Source: Hyalangium minutum (GTDB taxonomy: Bacteria > Myxococcota > Myxococcia > Myxococcales > Myxococcaceae). From it: a stretch of 64,000 nucleotides of DNA. The stretch lies in NCBI RefSeq assembly GCF_000737315.1, contig NZ_JMCB01000003.1, positions 310,001-374,000 of the forward strand, written 5' to 3'. The notes beneath the pieces were generated by a model that searched no databases, had not been told where the DNA came from, and saw only the letters and a list, made by a program, of their open reading frames with translations. The translations under genes were made by a program, and so were the position numbers. Of the stretch, positions 38,868 through 49,446 are shown piece after piece (the first letter of the stretch is position 1; each line of letters begins with the position of its first letter).

Positions 38868-41282
38868 TCAGGGGCTCATCACGAGGGTGCCCAGATCCTG
38901 GATGGAGACTCCCTCCGGGAACTCGGGCGCCGTGCGCAGCACTGGCTGGAGCCCCGGGGCGGACAGCTCGATGCGCTCCTGGCCGGGCTGGTGGATGAGG
39001 AGGGAGATCTCCCCATCCTCCCGGGAGATCTCCCTCCCGTTGACGCGGAAGTGCGTCACCGGTGAGCCATCCGGGTGCACCAGGCGGCCGGTGACGAACA
39101 CCTCCCGTCCGAGCACGAGGCGCGCCTCCTGGCCATCGTTCTTCACGCGGATGCAGCGCGCGGGGCCGTGGACAGCGGGGAGCGGTACGTAGGCGCTTCC
39201 CCGGATGCAGGCGTCGAACTCCTCCCCGGAGACCTGCACGAGAGTGAACCGGCCCTCGACATCCGTCTTGATGCTCAGGTCTGGCATGTGGCCTCCCCGC
39301 GAGAGCACTTGCCGCGGCACGGGCAGCAACAGCACGGGGATGTCCGGCAGCGGCTGGCCTCGCCAATCCACCGCCTTGCCCGTGAAGGAGCGGCCTTCGT
39401 CGAAGCGCAGCCGGACGCGGGCCTCGCCCCCGGGCTCCACCGCGACTGTCTGCGTCGCCGTGCGGAGGAAGTTCCGGGAGAACAGCTCGGCCATCACCGT
39501 GTAGCGGCCCGCGCTGGGGAGCTTGAGCGAGAACCGGCCCTCTCCATCCGTGTCGTCCAGATCGATCGGCCGGTCCTTGGGAGCGGCCTGCTCGGGCCAG
39601 ATGGCCACCTCGGCATTCGGGAGGGGCATCCCCGTCTCGTCGACGACCTCGCCCACCACGTGCAGCAGCGTCTCACCGACGATCCGCAGCGGTTTCGTGG
39701 GCACCGTGACGTTCAGGGTCTGCATCTTGACCCGCTCGCCTTCCACCTTCAGCTCGTAGTCGTCCGGCAATGCGGCGGACAGGGAGAAGCGGCCCTCCGC
39801 GTCCGTCTGGGCGTGGTCCCACGCCGAGCCGTCCGCGAAGGAGCGCAGAGACACATACTCGCCCTCCACCGGGTGGCCTTGGGTGTCCACCAGCTGGCCC
39901 TCCACGAGCGAGGCCCGCTTCAACGTGAAGTCCTGGGCCGTCACCCGCTGTGTGTACGGGCGCGACTCCTCGATGACCTGCTGGTGCGTGCGTGTCCTGG
40001 CGGACAGCTGGTACCAGCCGGGAGGCATGGGGCCCAGGCGGTAGTGCCCAGCCTCGTCCGTGGTCGCGAGGAGCGGCCCCGGGGATTCCTGCCCCTCCCC
40101 TTGCTCCGCTCCCTCCTCCTCCGTTTTCTCCTCCCCTTCCCGCTCGACGTCATCCCAGTACGCGGAGACCTCGGCATCGGGCAGCGGCTGTTGGTCCTCG
40201 CCCCGCACCTTGCCCTCGATGAAGACCACGGGCTTCAGCTCCAGGGTGATCTCCGGGCTCGAGGGCTCCTCGCCCAGATGGATCGTGGTGGAGTCGCCCT
40301 CCCCTTCCTGCTCGGCGAGCACCGTGTAGAACTCCGGGGACAGCCCGTCGAACGAGAAGCGCCCGGCGGCATCCGTGACGGCGGTGCGGGGCTCCTCTAC
40401 ACCCAGATCGTGGGTGAGCTGGACCTCGACTCCTGGCACTGGGAGCTTCGCGCGCAGGACCCGGCCTGTCAGCTGCTTGGGCTGTGTGAGCACGAAGGTC
40501 CTCTTCACGTCGGGGGTATAGGTCCAGAGGGGCTCGGCCGAGCTGAGCAGGCCCTCTTTCGCGGCGAGCGCTACGAGGACGCCAGGCGGAAGCGGCCCGA
40601 GCTGGTAGCGGCCTTGAGCGTCGGTCAGGGTCTCGAAGAAGCGGCTGTGAGAGGAGAAGATGGCGGTGACGAGCGCCCCGGCAACGGGAACGTTCGCGTC
40701 ATCGGTGACCAGGCCCGACACCCACCGAGCTGGGCCGAGGCGCAGCTCCACCGGCTCGGCGCCCGCGAGCACCGAAGGCCGGAACGCGACACCCTCCGCG
40801 CTCTCCACCCACACGGCGTAGGAGCCCGGCTCCAGGCCGGACAGGGAGAAGGAACCATCCGCTGCCGAGCGGGTCTCGGCGCGCACGATGGCTTCCCCGC
40901 GCCGCTCTTTCACCAGTTGGAGGATCTCCGCCTCGTATTCCCCGTAAAGACAGTCGAGCAGTGTCCGATCCCGAAAGCCCCCACAGGGCAGCGTGGAGAG
41001 CGACTCCCCCGGCACCACCTCCGAGATCAGCACCTGGGCTCCGGCAACCGGCCCTTGGGCTCCCAGAACGAGGCCGCGGAGCTCGACGAGCGCCTCCGTG
41101 GAGGTTCTGGCTGCGGGAGCGCTCAGCCGCATTCGGGAGCGCGCTGTCCGGGCCGGCGAGTCCGTGGCGCTCGAGGACGTTGGGGCGGAAGCCTCGGAGC
41201 CGGGGCGCACCGGCAGCAGGAGCCACATCCCTGCTCCCACCACCGCCACCCCGATCGCAAGAAGCCACCCACGCCGCATCAA
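38868..41282 (-). CDS. Membrane-anchored protein with tandem carboxypeptidase regulatory-like (transthyretin-fold) repeats
   Basis: N-terminal TM; repeated G.V.D..G.PV.GA.V...T...G.F.L..L.PG.Y units. Confidence 0.85.
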   Translation of the reverse strand: MMRRGWLLAIGVAVVGAGMWLLLPVRPGSEASAPTSSSATDSPARTARSRMRLSAPAARTSTEALVELRGLVLGAQGPVAGAQVLISEVVPGESLSTLPCGGFRDRTLLDCLYGEYEAEILQLVKERRGEAIVRAETRSAADGSFSLSGLEPGSYAVWVESAEGVAFRPSVLAGAEPVELRLGPARWVSGLVTDDANVPVAGALVTAIFSSHSRFFETLTDAQGRYQLGPLPPGVLVALAAKEGLLSSAEPLWTYTPDVKRTFVLTQPKQLTGRVLRAKLPVPGVEVQLTHDLGVEEPRTAVTDAAGRFSFDGLSPEFYTVLAEQEGEGDSTTIHLGEEPSSPEITLELKPVVFIEGKVRGEDQQPLPDAEVSAYWDDVEREGEEKTEEEGAEQGEGQESPGPLLATTDEAGHYRLGPMPPGWYQLSARTRTHQQVIEESRPYTQRVTAQDFTLKRASLVEGQLVDTQGHPVEGEYVSLRSFADGSAWDHAQTDAEGRFSLSAALPDDYELKVEGERVKMQTLNVTVPTKPLRIVGETLLHVVGEVVDETGMPLPNAEVAIWPEQAAPKDRPIDLDDTDGEGRFSLKLPSAGRYTVMAELFSRNFLRTATQTVAVEPGGEARVRLRFDEGRSFTGKAVDWRGQPLPDIPVLLLPVPRQVLSRGGHMPDLSIKTDVEGRFTLVQVSGEEFDACIRGSAYVPLPAVHGPARCIRVKNDGQEARLVLGREVFVTGRLVHPDGSPVTHFRVNGREISREDGEISLLIHQPGQERIELSAPGLQPVLRTAPEFPEGVSIQDLGTLVMSP

Positions 41283-41297
41283 TGACTCCCTCCGTGC

Positions 41298-42236
41298 CTA
41301 CGAAGCGCCCGTCTTCTTGGGGAAGAGCGCCTGCATCACAGCGGAGACGTCCGCCCGGCCTACCCGCGATCCATGGGAGCTCAAGTACGCCTCGAGGGCG
41401 CTCTGGAAATCGTGCGGGTCTGGGTAGCGGTCCTCCTTCGCCCGGGCCAGTGCCTTCATCACGAGGGCGTCCAGCTCCGGCGGGACAGGGGCCACCCGTG
41501 AGGGAGGCAGGGCCTGACACTCGAACAACGCCTGGATCGTCTCCAGCGTCGAGTCCCGCTTGAACGGGCGGATCCCCGTGAGCAGCTCGTAGAGCACCAG
41601 CCCCGTGCCGAAGAGGTCCGTGCGCTGATCCTGCTCTTGGCCCATGAGCTGCTCGGGAGCCAGGTTCTCCACGCGGCTCTGGGTGAGCCCCGCGCGCACA
41701 GGCTCCGGGAGGTCCGCGAGGTTGTTGGCACCCAAGCCCATCACCTTCACCCTTCCATCGGAGCCCAAGAGGATGTGCCTCGCGGCGATCTCCCGGTGAA
41801 GGAGCCGCTGCGGCCGCTCCAGGTGATCCACTCGGTGGTACGCGTAGGCCAGGGCCTCGCAGACGCGGGCGATGATGTAGAGCGACAGGGGCTCGGAAAT
41901 CGGGACCCCGGTGTCTTTCGCCTTGCTCATCACAGCGTTCAGGGACTCGCCCTCAATGTACTCCCGGACGATGTAGGAAACGCGGTCGAACTCCCCGAAC
42001 TCGAGGATCCGGATGATGTGGGGATGCTGTAGCTGGGCGCCGAGCTTCGCCTCCTGGAGGAACAGCTCCACGGCCTCGGGCTGATCGGCGAGGTGTGGAA
42101 GGAGCCGCTTGATGAGAACGGTTTGCCCCTCGTCCCTGCGCTGCCGGGGACGCGCAAGCCACATCTCTGAGCTCGCGCCAACGGCGAAGCGCCGGAGGAG
42201 CTCGTAGCTGCCAAAAGGTCGAGGCGTCGAAGTCAT
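41298..42236 (-). CDS. Ser/Thr kinase-fold protein, predicted pseudokinase
   Basis: Kinase scaffold (IKRL, LAPEQ, DQRTDLF) but HRD to HRE, catalytic-loop N to H, DFG to GLG. Confidence 0.8.
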   Translation of the reverse strand: MTSTPRPFGSYELLRRFAVGASSEMWLARPRQRRDEGQTVLIKRLLPHLADQPEAVELFLQEAKLGAQLQHPHIIRILEFGEFDRVSYIVREYIEGESLNAVMSKAKDTGVPISEPLSLYIIARVCEALAYAYHRVDHLERPQRLLHREIAARHILLGSDGRVKVMGLGANNLADLPEPVRAGLTQSRVENLAPEQLMGQEQDQRTDLFGTGLVLYELLTGIRPFKRDSTLETIQALFECQALPPSRVAPVPPELDALVMKALARAKEDRYPDPHDFQSALEAYLSSHGSRVGRADVSAVMQALFPKKTGAS

Positions 42237-42314
42237 GGCCGGGGGACCCCTCGGGGCCCGCGCCCGTCAGCCTAGCTCAGCCGGGCGGCCCAGGGGTGAG
42301 CCGCTCCTCCGGAC

Positions 42315-43289
42315 TCAGGCCCGCTGCCGCTGGGCCCGCTTCTCCCGCTCGCCCAGCGCGGCCTGCAGGAACTTGCCGGCCAGCTTGCGGCCGATGAGCT
42401 GCTGCGCCAGCGCTCCGGCCTCCACGAGCCTTTCCAGGTTGATGCCCGTGTCCACGCCCATGCCATGGAACATGAAGACCGCATCCTCGGTGGCGAGGTT
42501 GCCCGCGGCGCCCGGCGCGTAGGGACACCCGCCCAGCCCGCCGATGCTGGCGTCGAACGTGGTGACGCCGGCCGACAGCCCCACCAGCGAGTTGGCCAGC
42601 GCCGTGCCGCGCGTGTCGTGCAGGTGCAGCGCCAGCTTCTCCACGGGGATGTACTTGATCAGCGCCTCGAGGATCTCCTCGGTCTGCCGAGGTGTCCCCA
42701 CGCCGATCGTGTCCCCCAGGCTCAGCTGGTACAGGCCCATGTCCACCAGCTTGCGGCAGATGTCCACCACCCGCTCCACCGGCACATGGCCCTCATAGGG
42801 GCAGCCCCACACGGTGGACAGGTAGCCGCGCACGCGCATCCCCGCCTGAGCGGCGGCGGTGGACACCTCGCGCGAGGCCTCCAGCGCCTCGGCGATCGTC
42901 TTGTTGATGTTCTTCTTGGAGTGGGCCTCGGAGGCCGAGATGAAGACGGCCGCCTCCTCGAGCCCCGCCTCGCGCGCGCGGACCAGGCCCTTGAGGTTGG
43001 GCACCAGCGCGGAGAACGTCACGCCCGGCTTCTTCCCCACCAGGCGCAGCACCTCCTCGGCGTCGGCGAGCTGGGGGATCCACTTGGGTGACACGAACGA
43101 CGTCACCTCGATCCGCTTCTCACCGGCGGCCACGAGCGCCTCGATGAGGCGGGCCTTGTCCTTGGTGGGCAGGGTGCGCAGCTCGTTCTGCAGACCATCC
43201 CGAGGGCCGACCTCATAGACGTCGACCCGCTTGGGAAGGCTGCCGAGCCAGCCACCTACGCGCGCTCTGGAATGTTCGTTCGAATCCAC
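42315..43289 (-). CDS. Hydroxymethylglutaryl-CoA lyase
   Basis: [45 protein letters not shown]; start codon uncertain. Confidence 0.93.
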   Translation of the reverse strand: MDSNEHSRARVGGWLGSLPKRVDVYEVGPRDGLQNELRTLPTKDKARLIEALVAAGEKRIEVTSFVSPKWIPQLADAEEVLRLVGKKPGVTFSALVPNLKGLVRAREAGLEEAAVFISASEAHSKKNINKTIAEALEASREVSTAAAQAGMRVRGYLSTVWGCPYEGHVPVERVVDICRKLVDMGLYQLSLGDTIGVGTPRQTEEILEALIKYIPVEKLALHLHDTRGTALANSLVGLSAGVTTFDASIGGLGGCPYAPGAAGNLATEDAVFMFHGMGVDTGINLERLVEAGALAQQLIGRKLAGKFLQAALGEREKRAQRQRA

Positions 43290-43660
43290 TGGACGATGTC
43301 CTGCGTCGAGCTCCCGGGGGTGAAGATCTCCGTGACCCCCATGCCCTTGAGCTTGGGAATGTCGTCGTCCGGGATGATTCCGCCTCCAAACAGTCGGATG
43401 TCGTCGGCCTTGTTCTGTTTCAACAGGTCGATGACGGCGGGAAAGAGCGTCATGTGCGCGCCGGACATGATGGACATGCCGATCGCGTCGACGTCCTCCT
43501 GGATGGCGGCGTTGACGATCATCTCGGGCGTCTGGTGCAGCCCTGTGTAGATGACCTCCATGCCCGCATCGCGCAAGGCCCGTGCGATGATCTTCGCCCC
43601 ACGGTCGTGCCCGTCCAGGCCCGGTTTGGCCACCAGAATTCGAAGCTTCCTCTCAGCCAT
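43256..43660 (-). CDS. Cobalamin-binding small subunit of acyl-CoA mutase (IcmB-like)
   Basis: [12 protein letters not shown] (DxHxxG), SIMSGAH, FGGGIIP, FTPGS. Confidence 0.92.
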   Translation of the reverse strand: MAERKLRILVAKPGLDGHDRGAKIIARALRDAGMEVIYTGLHQTPEMIVNAAIQEDVDAIGMSIMSGAHMTLFPAVIDLLKQNKADDIRLFGGGIIPDDDIPKLKGMGVTEIFTPGSSTQDIVQWIRTNIPERA

Positions 43661-44381
43661 GTCGCAGCTCAGCTCCCACGATGAGGTCGGTCGAAGCGGA
43701 AGACAGCGGCTCGCCCTCCAGGCTGCCGTGCACCCACTTCGTCGAAAGTCCTGTCGCTTCCAACAGTTGGCGCAGTTCCGCAAGGGGATAGTAGCGGATG
43801 GTGTACACCCCCGAAAGCACACGACCGGTCGGTAGGGTGAGGCGGCGGCGCCCGTGATCCATGCCGGTGTCGGGATCGAAGCGGCTCTCCTCCTCCAGGA
43901 GGCTGCCGTCCGGGAGGGTGCGCTGGAAGGCCGCGCCTGGCTGCTCGCTCAGGCGCTCGTAGGGCACGGTCTGGAAGACCAGGAGCCCCCCGGGCCGCAG
44001 GCACCGTGCCACCTCCTGGAGGATGACGCGGTGCTCCGTCTCGGAGAAGGCGAACAGCGTCGAGTACCACGCGTAGGCCCCCGCCAGGGATCCGCTCTGG
44101 AACGGCAGGGCGCGGAGATCTCCCCGGATCGCGGGGAAGCCGGGGGCTCGCTGGGACAGGGAGTATGGGTCCAGCTCCAGCCCCACCACCCGGCCCTTCA
44201 GGGCTCCCGAGGCATTCAGCGGCGCGGCGTGGCGCCCATGGCCGCAGCCCAGATCCACCACGGGGCCGGGCAGCGTCAGGCCGGAGAAGGCCTGATCCAG
44301 GTAGGCCACCTCCTTGGCCGTCAGCTCGGGCGAGAGGAAGGGCCGCGTGCTGCGCAGGTAGAGCTCGCCAAAGAAGCTCAT
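43653..44381 (-). CDS. Class I SAM-dependent methyltransferase
   Basis: [24 protein letters not shown]; stop overlaps start of the B12-binding gene. Confidence 0.88.
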   Translation of the reverse strand: MSFFGELYLRSTRPFLSPELTAKEVAYLDQAFSGLTLPGPVVDLGCGHGRHAAPLNASGALKGRVVGLELDPYSLSQRAPGFPAIRGDLRALPFQSGSLAGAYAWYSTLFAFSETEHRVILQEVARCLRPGGLLVFQTVPYERLSEQPGAAFQRTLPDGSLLEEESRFDPDTGMDHGRRRLTLPTGRVLSGVYTIRYYPLAELRQLLEATGLSTKWVHGSLEGEPLSSASTDLIVGAELRHG

Positions 44382-44618
44382 TTCAATTCCTCTCATCGAA
44401 AGAGGTGATCTCGGGACTTGCCGCTTTGCAAAGTCTTGCATGCCTCATGACGCTGCACGACAGGTCGGGTGGCCTCAGGATTCGTGGCCACAATCTTTAC
44501 ATGAGAGGCTTCATTATGTTTGGGTAGAAGCACTTCGATGGAGTCGAACACCCCCCGACTCGCAGCAGCCATGATCCGACGTCCCATCGAATTCAGCCAC
44601 ACACACGAGGGCAGGTTC

Positions 44619-45263
44619 ATGGCACAGGCCACGCCGCAGTCCCCAGAGCTCGAGGTCCGGACGCAGCCACACGGGAACAGGGTTTCGGAGGAGCGGCCGT
44701 TCCCCAATGCCGCGATGGTGCTCTTCCCCCTGGGAGTGGAGCACCCGGAGGGAGAGGGTCCCCTGCCCTCCCCTATCGCCGAGGGGGATGATGAGCCGAC
44801 GGATCCTCGGGCCGAGGGCGCGTGCCTCTTCGATCTGTCCTCCGAGGAGTGGCGGTTCGTGCGCAATGCGCCGCTGGTGGGTTTTCTGATCGTGGCGGGC
44901 GCGGACGGCACGGTGTCCTCGCGCGAGCGGCAGGCGCTGGTGGATGTGCTCGAGGCGGGCAAGGACTCCGAGTGCGGCCTGTTCCAGGCCGTGTGCCGTG
45001 AGCTGTACCGGAAGCGCGCCCGGCTGACGGAGATCTTCGTCACCGACAACCTCGAGCAGGATCAGCTGTTGGAGACGTACAAGCTCGTGAGCGGCAAGCT
45101 GGGCTCGCACGAGGCCGAGCAGTTCCGGGCGTGCCTCCTGAAGCTGGGCCATGAGGTGGCCAAGGCCTCCGGGGGCCTGTTGACTTCGTGGGGCTGGCTG
45201 CGTGGCGCGGAGAAGCGCGCCCTGGCCGAGCTGGGTGAGCTCTTCACCCAGCATCTGTCGTAG
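44619..45263 (+). CDS. Hypothetical protein, TerB-like fold
   Basis: GAGG RBS; FLIVAGADGTVSSRERQAL, VAKASGG..AEKRALAEL pattern. Confidence 0.55.
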   Translation: MAQATPQSPELEVRTQPHGNRVSEERPFPNAAMVLFPLGVEHPEGEGPLPSPIAEGDDEPTDPRAEGACLFDLSSEEWRFVRNAPLVGFLIVAGADGTVSSRERQALVDVLEAGKDSECGLFQAVCRELYRKRARLTEIFVTDNLEQDQLLETYKLVSGKLGSHEAEQFRACLLKLGHEVAKASGGLLTSWGWLRGAEKRALAELGELFTQHLS

Positions 45264-45315
45264 CCGTTGGCCGTGAGTGGGGCCCCTCGTGGGAGCCCCC
45301 CTCCTGCTCCGCGGG

Positions 45316-47199
45316 TTAGAACGCGCCGCCCTCGCGGTAGGCGCCCCAGACCTTGCGGAACACGTCGCAGATCTCGCCGAGCGTGGCGTAGGCCTTCACC
45401 GCCTCGAGCACCGGCGGCACCATGTTGTCCGTGCCGCGCGCCGCCGCCTCCACCTTGGCCAGCGCCGCCTGTACCGCCTCGTTGTTGCGCTCAGCCTTCA
45501 CCTGGGCCAGCCGCGCCTTCTGCTCCTCGGCCACCTTGTCGTCGATGTGGAGCAGCTCGATGGGCGCGTCCTTGTCCGCCTTGAACGCGTTCAGGCCGAC
45601 GATCAGCCGATCGCCCTGTTCCACCTCGCGCTGGAAGCGGTAGGCGCTCTCGCCGATCTCCTTCTGCGGGTACTGCTCCTCCACCGCGCGGATGATGCCG
45701 CCCATCTCGTCGATGCGGCGGATGTACTCCATCGCCCGCTTCTCCGTCTCGTCGGTGAGGTACTCCACGTAGTAGCTGCCCGCGAGCGGATCCACCACGC
45801 GGTCCACGCCGGACTCGTGAGCGATCAGCTGCTGGGTGCGCAGCGCGATCGTCACCGACTCCTCGGTGGGCAGCGCGTACGTCTCGTCCAGCGAGTTGGT
45901 GTGCAGCGACTGGGTGCCGCCCAGCACCGCTGCCATGGCCTGCAGCGCCGTGCGCACCACGTTGTTGTAGGGCTGCTGCGCCGTCAGCGACACGCCGGCC
46001 GTCTGCGCGTGCGTCTTCAGCTGCCACGAGCGCGGGTTCTTCGCGCCGAAGCGGTAGCGCATGACGTTGGCCCAGATGCGGCGCGCGGCGCGGAACTTGG
46101 CGATCTCCTCGAAGAAGTCGTTGTGCACGTCCCAGAAGAAGCTCAGCTGGGGCGCGAAGGAGTCCACGTCCATCCCGCGCTTCACGCACTCCTCCACGTA
46201 GCCGATGCCGTCGGCCAGCGTGAAGGCCAGCTCCTGGACGGCCGTCGCTCCGGCCTCGCGGATGTGGTAGCCGCTGATGGAGACCGGGTACCACTTGGGC
46301 ATGTGCTTCGTGCAGAACTCGATCATGTCCGTGACGATGCGCACGGCCGGCCGAGGCGCGACGATCCACTCCTTCTGCGCGATGTACTCCTTGAGCATGT
46401 CGTTCTGGATGGTGCCCGCGAGCTTGGCCATCGGAACGCCCTGCTTCTCACCCACCGCGATGTACATGCAGAGCGCCACCACCGCGCTCGCGTTGATGGT
46501 CATCGAGGTGGTGACCTTGTCCAGCTGGATCCCGTCGAAGAGGATCTCGAAGTCACGCAGCGAGGAGATGGCCACGCCCTCCTTGCCCACCTCGCCGCGG
46601 CTCATGGAGTGGTCCGCGTCGTAGCCCATGAGCGCCGGCATATCGAAGGCCGTGGACAGGCCTGTCATGCCGTGGCTGATGAGGTACTTGAAGCGCTTGT
46701 TGGTGTCCGCCGGCGTGCCGAAGCCCGCGAACTGGCGCATCGTCCAGAGCCGGCCCCGGTACATGGTGGGCTGAGGGCCGCGGGTGAACGGGAACTGGCC
46801 GGGCAGCCCGATGCGGTCGGCCTGCTCGTCCTTGCGATCGGCCAGCGTCAGCACGTCCGGAATGGGGATGCCCGAGTCCGTGGTGAACTGCTTGCGCCGC
46901 AGCGGCATCTTCGCCGTCACCTGGGCGAGCTCATCCTTGGCCCACTTCTCCGCCTGCTTCGCGGCAGCCTTCACCGAAGCGGCGTCATAGTGCTTCAGCG
47001 CGGCGGCCTTCTTCTTTGGGGCGGCCTTCTTCACCAGAGCCTTGCCCGCCTTGCCGGCCTTCTTGGCCACCTGGGCGACCTTCTTGGCGGCCTTGGCCAG
47101 CTTGGAGGGCTTGCCCCCCTTCTTGCTGACGGAGGCCTTCTTCGGGGACTGGGAGGCAGCGGAGCGAGCGACGGTCTTCGGAGCGGTTCGCGCAGGCAT
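45316..47199 (-). CDS. Adenosylcobalamin-dependent acyl-CoA mutase large subunit, isobutyryl-CoA mutase (IcmA)-type
   Basis: [57 protein letters not shown]; no B12-binding domain. Confidence 0.9.
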   Translation of the reverse strand: MPARTAPKTVARSAASQSPKKASVSKKGGKPSKLAKAAKKVAQVAKKAGKAGKALVKKAAPKKKAAALKHYDAASVKAAAKQAEKWAKDELAQVTAKMPLRRKQFTTDSGIPIPDVLTLADRKDEQADRIGLPGQFPFTRGPQPTMYRGRLWTMRQFAGFGTPADTNKRFKYLISHGMTGLSTAFDMPALMGYDADHSMSRGEVGKEGVAISSLRDFEILFDGIQLDKVTTSMTINASAVVALCMYIAVGEKQGVPMAKLAGTIQNDMLKEYIAQKEWIVAPRPAVRIVTDMIEFCTKHMPKWYPVSISGYHIREAGATAVQELAFTLADGIGYVEECVKRGMDVDSFAPQLSFFWDVHNDFFEEIAKFRAARRIWANVMRYRFGAKNPRSWQLKTHAQTAGVSLTAQQPYNNVVRTALQAMAAVLGGTQSLHTNSLDETYALPTEESVTIALRTQQLIAHESGVDRVVDPLAGSYYVEYLTDETEKRAMEYIRRIDEMGGIIRAVEEQYPQKEIGESAYRFQREVEQGDRLIVGLNAFKADKDAPIELLHIDDKVAEEQKARLAQVKAERNNEAVQAALAKVEAAARGTDNMVPPVLEAVKAYATLGEICDVFRKVWGAYREGGAF

Positions 47200-47255
47200 G
47201 GCGCGGGGATGTAGCACCCGCATCCAGGGGTCGCAAGCCGGGCGGAGCGAGCGTG

Positions 47256-48449
47256 TCAGCGTGCCTTCGTGAGCCCATCACGCAGGCGCCGAGCGCCCTC
47301 GTCCAGCACCCCGTCCGTCTTGCAGAAGGCGAAGCGAGCGAAGCGCTGGCCCAGGTGCCTGTGATCCGGCGAGTAGAAGACACTGGGAGGAATGGCCGCC
47401 ACGCCCACCTGCGTCACCAGGTGCCGACAGAAGGCCACGTCATCCGGGAAGCCCAGGTGGGAAATCTCCGCCAGGATGAAGTAGCTGCCCTCGGGGGCGT
47501 GCGCGGGCAGGCCTGCCTCTCGGAGGCCTCGCAGCAGCTTTTCGCGCCGCGCCAGGTAGTTCGCCGTCAGCTCCTGGAAGTAACTGTCCGGCAGACGCAG
47601 CGCGGCAGCGGTGGCCGTTTGGAGGGGGGACGCAGTGGCGAAGGTGACGAACTGGTGCGCGCGCTGCACCGCGTCACGCAGCGGCGGGGGCGCGATGACC
47701 CAGCCGATCTTCCAGCCGGTGAGGCTGAACGTCTTCCCCATGCTGCTCACGGTGACAGTTCGATCCGCCAGTGAAGGCACCGTGGCGGGGCGCACATGCT
47801 GGGCGGGCGCGAAGACGATGTGCTCGTACACCTCATCCGAGAGCACCTTCACATCGTGCTTCACGCACAGGGCGCCGATGCGCTCGAGTTCCTCACGGGT
47901 GAACACCTTGCCCGTGGGGTTCTGCGGGCTGTTGAGGATGAGCAGCCGCGTGCGCGGGCTGAAGGCGGCCTCCAGCTCGGCCCAGTCGATCCACCACTGG
48001 GCGTGTTGAGCATCCGGTGCGCGCAGCGGCACGTAGCGCGCCTTGGCTCCAATAAAGGTGATGTTCGCGTCGTACGAGTCATAGAAAGGCTCGAACGCGA
48101 TGACTTCGTCGCCCGGATCCACCAGGCCAAGAATGACGTCCAGGATGGCCTCGGTGGCGCCGCTGGTGACGGTGACCATCGTGTCCGGATCCACCTGCTG
48201 GCCGTAGAAGCGCGCGGCGTGCTCGGAGATGGCCTGGCGCAGATCCTTGGAGCCCGTGGTGATGGCGTACTGGTTGACGCCGTCGCGGATGGCGCGCTGA
48301 GCGGCCTCTTTCACTGCGTCGGGCCCGTCGAAGTCCGGGAAGCCCTGCCCGAGGTTCACCGCGCCGTGCTTCAGGGCGAGCGCACTGAACTCGGAGAAGA
48401 CCGTGGTGCCAAAGCGGGAGACGCGTTCCGCGGCGGAGGGCCGGCTCAT
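47256..48449 (-). CDS. PLP-dependent class I aminotransferase (YbdL/methionine-glutamine transaminase-like)
   Basis: [40 protein letters not shown]. Confidence 0.92.
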   Translation of the reverse strand: MSRPSAAERVSRFGTTVFSEFSALALKHGAVNLGQGFPDFDGPDAVKEAAQRAIRDGVNQYAITTGSKDLRQAISEHAARFYGQQVDPDTMVTVTSGATEAILDVILGLVDPGDEVIAFEPFYDSYDANITFIGAKARYVPLRAPDAQHAQWWIDWAELEAAFSPRTRLLILNSPQNPTGKVFTREELERIGALCVKHDVKVLSDEVYEHIVFAPAQHVRPATVPSLADRTVTVSSMGKTFSLTGWKIGWVIAPPPLRDAVQRAHQFVTFATASPLQTATAAALRLPDSYFQELTANYLARREKLLRGLREAGLPAHAPEGSYFILAEISHLGFPDDVAFCRHLVTQVGVAAIPPSVFYSPDHRHLGQRFARFAFCKTDGVLDEGARRLRDGLTKAR

Positions 48450-48492
48450 CGTGAGGCTCCTGTGGCGGCCGGCGGTCAGGGAGGCCGGCGCG

Positions 48493-49446
48493 CTAGCGGC
48501 GCACGATAGCGCCCATGGGCAGGGAACGCTCGGACGAGTAGCTCCGGCTGCCTTTCGCTGGGGACAGGGCTCGGGCGGCCGCCGCGACCAGCAGCACCAC
48601 GGGCAGCACCGCCACCAGGTCCACGGCGTAGTGGAAGCGCCCGGCCACCGTCGCCACGATGAGGCCGATTCCGGGCAGGAGCATCGTCCAGAAGACCCGC
48701 CGCGAGAACCGGAGCGCGTAGAAGAGGACCAGCAGCGTCACCCCGGTGTGGCCCGACGGGAAGCAGTCCCGGATGAACACGGGGGTGCGCATCAGCGAGT
48801 CCAGTACCGACGTCACGACCACCCCCTGGAGCGGTCCCGGGAAGGCGCTCGCGAGGAAGAGGCGCGGCCCGATGGCAGGCACGGCGATGTAGGCCGCGTA
48901 GCCCACGGTGAAGAAGAGGCCCATCGCCAGCAGGAACTCATCGAACGCCGCGGCCTTTCGATGGAGGTACAGCGTGACGCCCAGCACCATGGCCCAGGCG
49001 AAGTGGCCGTAGTAGCAGACCATCAGCACGTCCTGGAGCCACGGCGGCACCGCGCTCGAGAGCACCACCGAGACCTGAACGCCGAACAACCGCTCTTCCA
49101 GGGTGGCGAGCTGCGCATCCCGAAGCACGGGGTTGATCGCATCCACGAGCGGGTTGAGCAGCTCATGGCCCAGCCCCGCCACCGGGAGCAGCCAGAAGTC
49201 CGCCACCCAGCGCAGCGGCCGGACCCGAGGCCACCAGGACTGCAGCATGCGGAGCACCACCAGCCCCAGCGCGAACGCGGCGAAGCCCCCGGCGGAGCGC
49301 AGCGCTCCCGGTGCCCAGCGGCACGGACCCACGAGCGCCAGTGCGGCGACCGAGCAGGCGGCAATCAGAACGCAGTCGACCGGCTTGAAGCGCACCTTCC
49401 TACGGCGAGCAAGCAACCTCGCGCTCTGGTGGGACCAGGGGCTCAT
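48493..49446 (-). CDS. PAP2-superfamily membrane enzyme, AUR1/inositol-phosphorylceramide-synthase-like
   Basis: Multiple TM helices; PAIGPR, CFPSGHT, RFHYAVDL motifs; ATGA-coupled to MMPL gene. Confidence 0.75.
   Translation of the reverse strand: MSPWSHQSARLLARRRKVRFKPVDCVLIAACSVAALALVGPCRWAPGALRSAGGFAAFALGLVVLRMLQSWWPRVRPLRWVADFWLLPVAGLGHELLNPLVDAINPVLRDAQLATLEERLFGVQVSVVLSSAVPPWLQDVLMVCYYGHFAWAMVLGVTLYLHRKAAAFDEFLLAMGLFFTVGYAAYIAVPAIGPRLFLASAFPGPLQGVVVTSVLDSLMRTPVFIRDCFPSGHTGVTLLVLFYALRFSRRVFWTMLLPGIGLIVATVAGRFHYAVDLVAVLPVVLLVAAAARALSPAKGSRSYSSERSLPMGAIVRR

Noticed and set aside
38868-41282. C-terminal truncation of the repeat protein (stop 2 bp from the convergent gene)
   Set aside because: The last repeat looks complete; truncation cannot be supported without homolog alignment
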